Of a stretch of 48,411 nucleotides of DNA, positions 36,049 to 48,101 are shown in pieces. Position numbers and translations under genes: made by a program. The DNA lies in the NCBI RefSeq assembly GCF_001194135.2, contig NC_068983.1:3130852-3179262 (forward strand). Reading direction: 5' to 3'. The number at the start of each line of letters is the position of its first letter. The first letter of the stretch is position 1. This DNA comes from Octopus bimaculoides. Lineage: Eukaryota. A model generated the notes under the pieces. That model was not told where the DNA came from. It did not search any database and worked only from the letters and a program-made list of their open reading frames with translations.

Positions 36049-36306
36049 GAATGCAGAGCAGTGGATTGGCGGAAATGTTAAAGGAGGGGAAGACTGTTCT
36101 GGCTCTTAAGGTTCGAACAGCAACATTTGCCACGAATTGTATTGACTCAAGTTAGGAACAACAACGAAAAGAACAAATTTAACACAGTCGAGGGTATTCG
36201 GACATTATAAGAGCTTTCGCTGCGGAGATATGGCTTTACACGTATATTTTTTTCTCAACGCTGTGTCGTGCGATATTATATATACTTATGTATGTATGTA
36301 TGTGTG

Positions 36307-36356
<50 letters not shown>

Positions 36357-36770
36357 TGCGTGTGCGTGTGTGTGTGTGTGTTTATTTGAAGTTGTTATAC
36401 ATTAAACTGAAGGATTCTTCGATAATTTTGCAGAGTATAAAATTATTGTTCTTTAACAAGAATAGCATTGACANNNNNNNNNNNNNNNNNNNNNNNNNNN
36501 NNNNNNNNNNNNNNNNNNNNNNNNNNNNNNNNNNNNNNNNNNNNNNNNNNNNNNNNNNNNNNNNNNNNNNNNNNNNNNNNNNNNNNNNNNNNNNNNNNNN
36601 NNNNNNNNNNNNNNNNNNNNNNNNNNNNNNNNNNNNNNNNNNNNNNNNNNNNNNNATATATATATATATAGTTGAAATTTACAGAAAAGCAAAAGACGAA
36701 GACAGGTGTATAAACGGTGTATAAACAACAAGCAGGTGTATTAGTTTAACGCTCGGGAAGGTGAGAAAGT

Positions 36771-36806
36771 CTTTTACGTTTCGAGCCAACATTCTTCAAC
36801 AGAAAG
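36771..36806 (-). ncRNA. Hammerhead-like motif of the same family as 24516-24552, within a repeat spanning about 36671-36850
   Basis: Minus strand: cttt CTGTTGA a gaat-gttg-gctc GAA ACGT A aaag. Helix II is decayed. Confidence 0.45.
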
Positions 36807-37489
36807 GAACACGAGGAAATATACAGAGAGAGAATGAAAGAAAAAAATATATATATAAGGGTTAGACAGGACCTATACCTTAAATGTAAAGTAAAGAGAG
36901 TAAGAGACTGGCAAAGCAAACTACAAATGAGTAACAGAAAAAATATTGCTGTTTATTTCCCAAGAAAACTTTGAGACTTTGCCATGGAGGTCTATGACTT
37001 GGCTGTTGTTTCTAGCGGGTCGAGTTACTATGTCAAAGTTCCCTTCTTGATTTGTTATTCTCAAATTAAAGAAATCTTTTTACTCGACAATTGAAATAAA
37101 CGTCTACCATGTCACGTGTTCTGGTCAGATGTTACTACTGACGTACTTTGGTTACTATGGTTGCTATTGTTTAATGTCACCGAGATTACTGGTATCATTG
37201 ACTAACAACACAATACATGGTATTATTATTGTTGTTGTTGTTGCTATTGTTGTTCTTTGTTATTAATTTCTGAAAATGAAAGCCGACAACAATACTTGCA
37301 TTTCGTTCTTACACCATCAACGCCACACAATGAAAATATGCTTTACAATGGCCGCAGGAATTCGTGTTGTAGTTGCTGCAGTTTGTGTTGTTGTTGGTGG
37401 TGGTGGTAGGGAGTACAGATCTACAGCTGTTGGTGAATGTGTTGATGATGGTAGTGATGGTAACGGTGCTGGTGTTGATGGTGTTGGTG

Positions 37490-37790
37490 CGGTGGGGCCT
37501 AGTTAGACCTTTATTCAGGTCGAGTAGCCCATCCCGCCCAAAAGGTCCCTGAATAAGGGTTGTGTAAGAATGTTGAACGAAACACCCAGGTTTCCAAAAG
37601 TGAATTATCCAAACCCCAAATAATTCCTCTCAACACATGGCTATGATGCTCCCCGACTACTTCTGCTCGTGATCAGTAAGTAAGGGACATGCCCAACTGG
37701 TTAAGGTCAAACAACTGACAGGCAGATTGAGAAGAATATTTTCTGAAGCCTTTCTTTTACACCAAGACAAAACAATGCACAAAATCCATG
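37490..37790 (-). repeat. Dispersed repeat; second copy at 43985-44210 (+)
   Basis: Shared ctgatcacgagcagaag..gggagcatcatagc and tgtcagttg.ttgacct..a.cagttg.gc.tgtccctt motifs. Confidence 0.75.
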
Positions 37791-38537
37791 AGACCCATTG
37801 TTTGGTATTGTATCCGGGCATTTATTATTATTATTAGTAGTAGTATTATTAGTATTATCTTATTATTGTTATTATTATTACTATTATTATTGTTGTTGTT
37901 ACACTTCCGTTATTTCTGGACTTCCGAGCTTTTGTCGTCGTCGTTTTCGTCATCACGATCATCATCAACAACAATGACGTCGATGTTGTTATCATTTCAA
38001 TCGTCGTTACTCGACGCTTCTATTTCCTTTTCTTTTTTTTTTTTTTTTGCCCTCTTCAAACCTATTTGGGAAAGACACAGATATGACGTTCGTCTGTTTC
38101 CATGAGATCCAGAGACAAACAGACAGACAGAATAAAGTGATACTTTTTATGCTCTCCCTCCGCCATCTTCTTCCTCGCTGTGACGATTTCAACCTGGACT
38201 TGTCACAGCTATACGTCCCACCCATCCTCATTAGGGACACAGGGTGACGAGGTTCTTCATCCCTACCAGTCACTTGTAACCGACAAACTGGCAGCTTTTC
38301 GGAATCATGACAATGGGTGCAGGGAAGGGGGAGTTATGGGGGGAGGGGGTTACAGTGTCGGGTTGATCCACCACCACCCAACCATTTAATCCGTAAACAC
38401 AGATTGGCTTTTGGATTATTCAAAGTGTCCACACACACAAACCACTCGCTCATGTGTGTCATGATCATGGTGCCAACTGAAATAAGCATTGGAGGTGTTT
38501 TGCTCCACGTAGAAACGGTGGGAATTACTCAGATGTA

Positions 38538-38736
38538 CAGTAATCCGTCGCGGGTGATACGGTCCAAAACCTTCCACAAAAATAATTAAAATCTAAAAAA
38601 ATACGAATACCTATCGACCGCAGAAACCCGCGATCTACTGAAGAGACCGCGATATAAATTTACATATATTAGCCAGAAAAATCCGCGATGTACTGAGTGC
38701 GCGATAGGTGAATCGCGATGTACCGAGGAATTACTG
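38538..38736. mobile_element. pogo/Tigger-like MITE (~200 bp)
   Basis: TA|cagtaatcc...cgcgggtgatacggtccaaaacc ... gcgataggtgaatcgcgatgtaccgaggaattactg, with several internal ccgcgat repeats; related to 33433-33503. Confidence 0.7.
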
Positions 38737-39179
38737 CATTCCAAAATTTTCTAATTCCATCGCAATGTCGGAAATCCTTCTGTATCACTCAGAGCCACAA
38801 GCGTTTCGCCCCTCAACCTGTGCACTTCGCCTCAGTGGGACAGCGAGGACTGAATTAAGATTTGTCTGCGAAAGGGTGGTTCCACCTGCGATCTGTTGTC
38901 AGCCACAATCACCTTCATTTGGCTTTAGCTGCCGTGCCTATCACCCTGGGGGTTTCCTTCAGCACCCTGGGTACCAGACCGATCTTTTGCAGGAAATTTT
39001 CTCGGACTTTTTTTTTTTTAAGATTTTCCCTAGCTTTTTTATGTAACACTCTAACCTATTAATTAAAAATCCTTACTAGAAAGGCACAATTTTAAGGCAC
39101 TGAATTCCTACCCTTTGTCAGAGTGTCATCAACACACAGCATCTACTCTAACAGAAACACGTGGGGGGATAAGTGGATT

Positions 39180-39456
39180 TGAATAAATTTACTCTTTAGT
39201 ATTTCAAGATATTTTTTATGTAATTTTGGTAAATATATCTGTTAAAATGAGATGTCAGTATTATTTTCATTTTTGCGTAATTTAGNNNNNNNNNNAACAG
39301 AAACACGTGGGGGGATAAGTGGATTTGAATAAATTTACTCTTTAGTATTTCAAGATATTTTTTATGTAATTTTGGTAAATATATCTGTTAAAATGAGATG
39401 TCAGTATTATTTTCATTTTTGCGTAATTTAGAAGAGAGTTTATTCACCGCACCCTG
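39180..39456 (+). mobile_element. Right end of the maT-like element, duplicated across an N gap
   Basis: gaataaatttactctttagtatttcaagatattt...tattcaccgcaccctg|ta matches 34955-35082. Confidence 0.85.
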
Positions 39457-39931
39457 TATATACACTTATATACATATATACTTACATGCATACTTATATG
39501 CATACATACATACAAGCAAGCATATTATACATCCGTACATGCATGCCTACATACATACATACATACATACATACATACATACATACATACAGTGTGGGGA
39601 AATAGGATGTAAGATAGAAGGCGGAATACGTCGTAATATTTTATGTCAGCAGCTAAGAATTGATATGAAATAGTAGCAGCGGCGGCAGCAGCAGCAGTTG
39701 CTGCAGTAGTACATGAGTACAATATATATGTTTGTGTGTATATGTGTATGTGCATGGCTCCTGATTGTCTGTATGTGTGTATACATACGTGTGTGTGAGA
39801 GAGAGATAAAGAGAGAGAGAGAGCGCGCAAGGCTCCTAATTGGATGGTACGTGTCAGCAATGTGGCAGCACTTTTGTGTTTTCTGTCATTTCTGTGAAAA
39901 TTATTTCATATCTATGATTAGTGCTTCATAA

Positions 39932-39988
<57 letters not shown>

Positions 39989-40897
39989 TGTGGTTTATTC
40001 TGTGTTCGCTGTGTCATTATTGTTTGCGGCAGGAAACAACGTCCCGTTTGGTGAAACTAACCAGGCTTAGGAAAAGAATTATCACTAAACATATGTTTTA
40101 AATGATAGGAAAACGCACAACAGCAGAAATCTGACGCACACATATACACACACACACGCACAAACCCACACTCACATACACACACATTTACAACCGTACA
40201 CTGGCGCAAGTACAGTTGTGACTGTTAAAAAGCGATATACTTTGCCACTAAGCTGTTCCGGGTTCGATCTTACTGTGCAGCACCTTGGCCCATCATTGTT
40301 TAACAGCATTATAGGTCCCTAATGCAATGTATTAGCGCCCCCTACAATCATAACCACGCCTACGTAGATTTAGTTGTGACTCCTAGAACCGTCCGACCCT
40401 GTGCAAATGACCGATGTCTCGAAGGCTTAAGACGACCCTGCCTTGGGACAAGTATCTTCTACAAATTGAAGTTTCGGAGCAATCAAAGTGAAACCTTGTT
40501 GACAAACTCTCGAAGCGAGTCCAGAAGAGAGTTCTTGTTATGAAAGTAGAGTGAATGATTTATGGTTTAACATCGCCAAAAGCTGGTTCTTGACGCCTTT
40601 AGCTGGGCCCATTAAGTTACAAATATCAAACATGGAGCCAGCGCAAACACAAACATCCTGAAAAAGGTCCGAAAGCACAGCTCTTCCTCCTCTGAGTCAA
40701 CTGTTAATCCTTTGCCCTTCGCCTGCGCATTAGGTGTCATACACAGGACATATTTTCCTGGCGTCCATTCGTCATAAATGATTGACGTTCCTAATTTTTC
40801 AACCACCGGAGTAACTTGAAACTTACGATTGGAAAACTTCATATTACTCATAACGGATGAAACAAGGGCTAATGTATCTCTATACATAGATGCACGA

Positions 40898-40965
40898 ATG
40901 TATGTATGTATGTATGTATGTATGTATGTATGTATGTATGTATGTATGTATGTATGTATGCATGT
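40898..40965. repeat. (TATG)n tetranucleotide repeat
   Basis: Directly visible. Confidence 0.95.
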
Positions 40966-41139
40966 ATGTTTGTATGTAGTGTGTTGTCTGTGATGCACAG
41001 GACTACAAGAATAGATGTTTAGGAGAAATTTATGAAAATGTTTTGGATTAAAAAAATTATAACTTAACAAAAAGTAATCTATGCAGAAGAGAAAAGATCA
41101 AAGTCAGATTCTTATTCAATTACTGAAGATAAAAAAGGT

Positions 41140-41298
41140 TGAGGTGTTGCCGTGTGGTTAGAAAGTTGGCAACCACGTGAATCGGGGTTCGATCTCTCAG
41201 TACGGTTCCTTGTGTAATTGTTTCCTGCCATAACCTCGGACTGACCCAAGTCTTGTGGATGGAATTTGGTTAATAGAAACTGTGGCAGTCTACCGTAA
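41140..41298 (+). mobile_element. Degenerate SINE family A head
   Basis: gccgtgtggttagaaagttggcaaccacgtgaatcggggttcgatc...gaatttggttaatagaaactgtgg. Confidence 0.6.
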
Positions 41299-41614
41299 TT
41301 TTCATTGTTGTTGTTGGGTCTTAGATTTAATCTGTCGCTCATTTTAACGCCACTATGTGACCTTTTAGTGTCCCTAGTCTGAAATATTCGGCCCAGGAGC
41401 CTGGAGTAAGGATAACTTCCTCGCCCCTCCTCCCACCGAGAACCCAATGACCACGAACGCTACTTTTTGTTCTGGGATTAAGCGATAACCCAACTGTCTT
41501 TAATGCCAAGAGATACTAAAAGAAGAGAATTCGGCAAATGAGAAAAAACATCGAGAAATATTTCTCTTACAATGAATGTTACTGGACAGTGGAATGATGG
41601 TATCGTTGGAGCTT

Positions 41615-41740
41615 TCGGACAAAACACTCGGAAGTATTTCTACCGGCTCTTTACGTCGCGAGTTCAAATTCTGTGGAGGCCAACTTCACTTTTCATCCCT
41701 CAGTGATCGATAACATAAAGAACCAATCAAATACTGAGGA
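41615..41740 (+). mobile_element. Degenerate SINE family B
   Basis: ctttacgtcgcgagttcaaattctgtggaggccaacttcacttttcatcc. Confidence 0.6.
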
Positions 41741-41860
41741 TGTGTTAATCTCAAAGACCTTTCTTCAAATCTCTGAGCGTGTGCCTATCTCAGAAAGAAT
41801 TGGTTTTAGTAATGTTATAGTTGCTGTTGTTGGTGGTGTTGATGATGATAGTGGTGGTGG

Positions 41861-42736
41861 TGGCAATTTTGTATTCTGAAGTGATGTTCTGGCAATTTTG
41901 TATTCTGGAGTGGTGTTCTGGCAATTTTGTATTCTGGAGTGGTGTTCTGGCAATTTTGTATTCTGGAGTGGTGTTCTGGCAATTTTGTATTCTGGAGTGG
42001 TGTTCTGGCAATTCTGTATTCTGGAGTGGTGTTCTGGCANNNNNNNNNNNNNNNNNNNNNNNNNNNNNNNNNNNNNNNNNNNNNNNNNNNNNNNNNNNNN
42101 NNNNNNNNNNNNNNNNNNNNNNNNNNNNNNNNNNNNNNNNNNNNNNNNNNNNNNNNNNNNNNNNNNNNNNNNNNNNNNNNNNNNNNNNNNNNNNNNNNNN
42201 NNNNNNNNNNNNNNNNNNNNNNNNNNNNNNNNNNNNNNNNNNNNNNNNNNNNNNNNNNNNNNNNNNNNNNNNNNNNNNNNNNNNNNNNNNNNNNNNNNNN
42301 NNNNNNNNNNNNNNNNNNNNNNNNNNNNNNNNNNNNNNNNNNNNNNNNNNNNNNNNNNNNNNNNNNNNNNNNNNNNNNNNNNNNNNNNNNNNNNNNNNNN
42401 NNNNNNNNNNNNNNNNNNNNNNNNNNNNNNNNNNNNNNNNNNNNNNNNNNNNNNNNNNNNNNNNNNNNNNNNNNNNNNNNNNNNNNNNNNNNNNNNNNNN
42501 NNNNNNNNNTGTATTCTGGAGTGGTGTTCTGGCAATTCTGTATTCTGGAGTGGTGTTCTGGCAATTTTGTATTCTGGAGTGGTGTTCTGGCAATTCTGTA
42601 TTCTGGAGTGGTGTTCTGGCAATTCTGTATTCTGGAGTGGTGTTCTGGCAATTTTGTATTCTGGAGTGGTGTTCTGGCAATTTTGTATTCTGAAGTGGTG
42701 TTCTGGCAATTTTGTATTCTGGAGTGGTGTTCTGGT
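41861..42736. repeat. 29-bp minisatellite (gcaattttgtattctggagtggtgttctg)n spanning a 470-N gap
   Basis: Near-identical units on both sides of the gap at 42040-42509; variants are t/c in aatt[t/c]tg and gga/gaa. Confidence 0.95.
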
Positions 42737-43984
42737 GTTCTAATGTAACAGGGACGAATCATCACATTGATTAAAAATTAAATAAATATATATATATATA
42801 TATACTTCGACGGAGACAAACTAAAGTACCAGTTATATGCTGGGTGCCACTCAAAGAACAAAAGTCATAAAAGTGTTCATCATCGTCATCTTCATCTTGT
42901 CCAATATGTCCTTCCCTTTTTTTTTAAGACGGTAGTGTCTGATATGAGAAATTTGACAGCTACTTTTAGCAGGTCAAGCACTTGTATAAGAGGCCCCACC
43001 GTTAGGTTGTTGTTGTTTGCAACTTCCCCGTCAACATCCTCGTTGCCATAGTAACTATCATGATTACTGTTGTTGTCGTCGCTTTAATCACTATTACCAT
43101 TGTAACCATTACGAGTCAGTAAGACTTGTGACTAAGTTGTTGCTGTTATTGTTTTTGTTGTTCTTGTGGTGGTGGCGGCGGCGACGTCGTTGTTTATAAT
43201 CATTAATGACTCTCGTAATCATCCCCTCGCGAACAACTTGTCTAAGTCCATCGCGTAATTCTCGACTGTGCAATTAGTCTCCCACCCCCACACACACACA
43301 ATCCGCTGCAATTAAATCCGGCGCCACAACAGGAGTGAAACAAAATAGAATAGAATAAAAAACTGGCGGTGATTATGTTTAAGGTTTCCTGACATCGCGG
43401 TAAGGTCGGTGTTCAGATGAATCGGTTCGAATTTAGAGAAAACATGAAAGAATTTGAGCAATATCAAACGGTCAAGCGAGTGCCGCCATGAGGCACACAG
43501 GCCCACTGGGCAGATATCCGGCGGGGGACGGGAGGAACGAGTCTAAGAGGGACCATTGTTAATGTGTGTTGTGTATGAAGAAGTTTCATTGTAGGGCTTC
43601 ACCTTCGAGGGCCTATAATCTTGTTAAAATGGCACTCGTCTAATCTTGTCTTATAAAATGTATATATTTTTGCTGATGATTTTTAACAGAAGTTAATTTA
43701 CTAAGGAACATGATGATGATGATTCTTTTATTAGCCACAAGGGCTCACATACAAAAACTTGACATACAACAACACAGACAAAAACAGGACGAGACAATGG
43801 GTTTTCCGCATGTACACAATGTAATAACAATAAAAATTGAACAAATTGAAACTCCCAATAGGGGAGACGCTTTAAAGTCAGGTGGCTCAACGTCAATGTG
43901 TTGCTGGGGTTCTTCTGGGAACTCCTTTAAAAGCCTATTCGGGATCTTTACATTAGGCCCTGATGCATACCAGGCAGTGGCTCT

Positions 43985-44210
43985 CATGGCTTCTGATCTT
44001 AATTGATTAGAAGTGTTATCATGTACATTGTTTTGTCTTGGTATAAAAAGATGGGGCTACAGCAAATATTCTGCTCAATACCACAGATTTGTTTGTCAGT
44101 TGCTTGACCTCAATCAGTTGAGCGTGTCCCTTGGTGGCTGACGATATGTGCATTTCTGATCACGAGCAGAAGCAGTATTAGGGAGCATCATAGCATGTTG
44201 AGTGTTGTGG
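43985..44210 (+). repeat. Dispersed repeat, same family as 37490-37790
   Basis: Reverse-complement similarity within the window. Confidence 0.75.
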
Positions 44211-44489
44211 TAGGAACATCAATTGCCACAGGAACAGCTGTTATATTAGTCTTCCCATCAAAGCTATTCATCTCTCTCACTAGGCCCCTCCTCTCTCTCT
44301 CTTTCTTACACACACACACACACGGTTCCTGCGCTCTCTCTCTCCCACCGCTCTCTCTCTCTCTGTAACCCTTCTCTCACTCTCGTTCCCTCACTTTCTT
44401 TCTCTCTCGTTCCCTCTCTCTCCTTGAAACTTTGAAACAAATGATTTTACATAATGTATGCAAATCTTGTTAATCTTCAAATGACATGC

Positions 44490-44548
<59 letters not shown>

Positions 44549-44932
44549 CCATGTGTTCTCTTTCTCCCTTTCTCACCCCCTCTCTCTTAATATATATGTA
44601 TGTGTTTATAAATATATATATATATACACAAACATATACCAGTATGTATGTATGTATGCATATGTGTGTGTGTGTATACATCGCTCTGTCAGCCCTGCGC
44701 GCTGAGCTTTTCCTTCAGGTGTGAACACACACCACCGCCTTCTGCGAATTCCCATACAAACCAGCAATTTTTTTCCTACACTCACATGTAAACGTAAGAA
44801 AAACCATATACATTCACATATGGAAGTATGCGTACACATCCACACACATACGGATACACCGACACACATATATATATATGTATCCATGCATAAACATGTA
44901 TATACATGTGAGTGTAATTATATACATAATTA

Positions 44933-44988
<56 letters not shown>

Positions 44989-44996
44989 TATATATA

Positions 44997-45374
44997 TTCT
45001 TTTTTTTTACTCTTTTACTTGAGTCATCTTAGCTGCGACCATGCTGGTGCTCCGCCTTTAGTCGAACAAATCGACCCCAGGACTTATTCTTTGTAAGCCT
45101 AGTACTTATTCTATCGGTCTGTTATGCCGAATCGCTGGGTTACGGGGACACAAACACACCAACATTGGTTGTCAAGCGACGGTGGAGGGACAAATACACA
45201 AACAAACATATATATTTATTTATTTATTTACGGCGGGCTTCTTTCCGTTTCCGTCTACCAAATCCACTCAAGGCGTTGATCGGTAGAAGACGATTGCCCA
45301 CGGTGTCACGCAGTGGGACTGAACGCAGAACCATGTGGCTGAGAAGTTCTGACCACGTAGCCACGCCTGCGCCT
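44997..45374 (-). mobile_element. Full-length SINE family A
   Basis: Tail at 44997-45200, short (TTTA)n linker, head at 45230-45374 ending gccacgcctgcgcct. Confidence 0.88.
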
Positions 45375-45384
45375 ATATGTATAT

Positions 45385-45512
45385 ATGTGTGTGGATAAAT
45401 GTGTGGGTGTGTGTATGCCTATATATATATATGTGTGTGGATAAATGTGTGGGTGTGTGTATGCCTATATATATGTGTGTGGATAAATGTGTGGGTGTGT
45501 GTATGCCTATAT
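45385..45512. repeat. Three tandem copies of a ~42-bp unit (atatatgtgtgtggataaatgtgtgggtgtgtgtatgcct)
   Basis: Directly visible; the units differ only in TA-run length. Confidence 0.85.
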
Positions 45513-45615
45513 ATACATGTATGTGTACACACATATATCCACGGACAAAAACACAAGATGTTACATATATATATATGCGCCGCTTATCACATGTATACCC
45601 CCACTTTCTCTCAGT

Positions 45616-45646
<31 letters not shown>

Positions 45647-46095
45647 GTACGTACACATATTCTTATGCAACAGACCTAATAAACCAGTTTTCTGCTCAGC
45701 GTCTTTCATCTCCCTTCAACTCTCAAAAAAGCGGGGCTCAAACCGAGCTCACCTGACAACCGATTTCAGAATGAGTTTATTCTCACATCCGCCCCGACTC
45801 ATTTATTATTCTTATTATTGTTATTATTACGTTCTCACTAAGGCTTCTTGAGAACCTTAATTAAGATCTTTTGTTAAACACCGACCCCTAGGGGAACGAC
45901 AAAGTTGACTAGGACTTGTTTATAATTCACAGTTGATTGTATTAGACTACCGTTACAATGACGATAGTATCCGGACAACGACGGTGCCTCTATGCGGACA
46001 ATCTCTCGACTAGAAACATCAACCGACTTTCCTCAAAATCCTGTTGTGGCAACTTCATGTTAGTAGAATAACACTGACTACCAATATGTGTACGC

Positions 46096-46416
46096 ATTCT
46101 TTTATTCTTTTACTTTTTTCAGTAATTTGACTGCGGCCATGGTGGAGCACTGCCTTTAGTCGAGCAAATCGACCCCAGAGCCTATTCTTTGTAAGTCTGG
46201 TACTTATTCTATCAGTTAATTTTGCCGAACCGCTAAGTTACAGGGACGTAAACACACCAGCATCGGATACACAAACATATACACACACATACATACATAT
46301 GTATGTATATATATATATACATATGTGTGTGTGTGTGTGTGTGTGTATGTGTGTGTGTGTGTGTGTGTATGTGTGTGTGTGTGAGTGTATATACATATAT
46401 ATATATGTATATATAC

Positions 46417-46458
<42 letters not shown>

Positions 46459-46599
46459 GTTTGTGTGTCTGTGTTCGCCCCCCACCACCACCATCGCTTG
46501 ACAACCGATGTTGGTGTGTTTACGTCCCCGCAACTTGGCGGTTCACCCAAAGAGACCGATAGAATAAGTACTAGGCTTAAAAAGTATGTCTCGGGGTCG
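46096..46599. mobile_element. Two SINE A tail modules in divergent orientation around a central microsatellite
   Basis: Minus tail at 46096-46276, CA/TA/TG tract to about 46460, plus tail at 46460-46599 (runs into a gap). Confidence 0.85.
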
Positions 46600-46804
46600 N
46601 NNNNNNNNNNNNNNNNNNNNNNNNNNNNNNNNNNNNNNNNNNNNNNNNNNNNNNNNNNNNNNNNNNNNNNNNNNNNNNNNNNNNNNNNNNNNNNNNNNNN
46701 NNNTGTGTGTGTGTGTGTGTGTGTGTGTGTTCATTTGCACCCGGGAGAAAATATGAAGCACCATCAACCGTTGAGTGAGACCGAATTCACAAAATAATAA
46801 ATAT

Positions 46805-47033
46805 TGGTCTCAAATTTTGGCCCGGGGGTCGGTAAGTTAGGGGAGGGGGAGGGGTGGTAAGTCTATTACATCGACTCTAGTATTCAACTGGTATTTATTG
46901 GTATCGACCCTTAAAAGGATGCGAGGTGGCAAAGTTGACACCTACGGGATTTGAAATCAGAACGTATATAGCCGGAAGAAATGCTACTAAGCACTTTGTC
47001 CGATGTGCGAAGCATTCTGCTAGCTTGCCGCCT
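46805..47033 (-). mobile_element. SINE family B
   Basis: aaattttggcc...tcgac...aaagttgacacc..gatttgaaatcagaacgta...gctagcttgccgcctt. Confidence 0.75.
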
Positions 47034-47825
47034 TGAAACTCCTATAAAAAATCCAATATAGAATATTCCGAGAAATTCCATGATTGATTCGAGACTCCAA
47101 AGAAGAAAGCTGTGAGCATCAGGTGATGCAAAGTTTAGAATCGGTTTTCATATCTAAAGGTGAAAAATTGCGTTGGATGTGGAATATTCCTTAGAATATT
47201 CTAGAAAGGATGTCAGGCTTTAAAACAATTAATTAGACCCCGATACAGCCTTAAACTTCGGTTATTATTGGTTAGTGAAATTAAATTCGGCCTCAATTTC
47301 TGCTTTTCCGAAATAGATGATGGTTTTACCATACAATTGATGTCTCCCTATATTTATTTTGATGGAAGATTCTTCACAAAAACAAAAAAAGGTTAAAGAA
47401 AAAGTAAATAAAACTAAAACGAAGGCATTAATAGTTTTCCAGTCAGGTTTTTAATATTTTAGCAGAAGCTGGCCATCTGTGAAAACATCCCACACACGAT
47501 TAATTCGTTGGTTGTTTTTTTCTTGTTTGGCCGCAGAAGGGGCTTATCTTATATAAAACATCCACAACGGTCATATTTATGTTGTGTTAATTATTTAACT
47601 CTAAGTCAGCTCTTGATAGAGTAGACATTCCAGCAGTGACCATCCTCTAGCAAAATATATAAAACTTCAATAGCTGCAATCTTTTTGTTTATTGTTGTTT
47701 TGATCTAAGTCGGCCTGACCGCCGGAGTGTTTCATGAAATATAGCAGGAGGGATATTGCTATTTCCAGCGAACCCAGCGAAACGAATGGTTTATATTAAA
47801 AATATGTTAATAATATAAAACTGCC

Positions 47826-48035
47826 ATGTGGCGGTGAGCTGGCAGAACCGTTAGCACGCCGGTCAAGATGTTCAGCTGCATTTCTTCCGGCTCTTTACAG
47901 TCTGAGTTCAACTTCCTCCGAGGTCGATTTTTTTGCTTTCCATTCTTTCGGAGCCTACAAAATAAATACCAGTTGAGTATTAGGGTCGATGTAAGTGACT
48001 AACGTCTTACCCAAAATTTCAAGCCTTGTTTTTAA
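47826..48035 (+). mobile_element. SINE family B
   Basis: ggcggtgagctggcagaaccgttagcacgccgg...ctgagttcaacttcctccgaggtcga...agggtcgatgta. Confidence 0.8.
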
Positions 48036-48101
48036 TGGAAAGAATATAAACACGGCCATGGAAGGGCCAATTTTGCCAAATCAGAACACAGAAAAACTTA
48101 C

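Noticed and set aside
38785-38840. CTGAGG...GAAACGC hammerhead-like motif on the minus strand
   Set aside because: Core, helix II and helix III are all imperfect.
40333-40351. CTCF-like half site (tagcgccccctac); a similar weak site lies near 24015
   Set aside because: Only about 12/19 positions match and the 5' CCA module is missing, which is within chance expectation.
40612-40890. Non-repetitive part of the 152-aa minus-strand ORF (MSNMKFSNRKFQVTPVVEKLG...)
   Set aside because: No recognisable homology or convincing splice sites.
41861-42736. CRISPR-like array
   Set aside because: The units are contiguous with no unique spacers, the context is eukaryotic, and no cas genes are present.
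41765-42765. 270-316 aa repetitive ORFs on both strands
   Set aside because: Produced by a stop-free 29-bp minisatellite plus a 470-N gap.
43316-43335. ggcgccacaacagg resembling a tRNA-Lys primer-binding site of an LTR element
   Set aside because: The match is poor, and no LTR pair or gag/pol remnants were seen.
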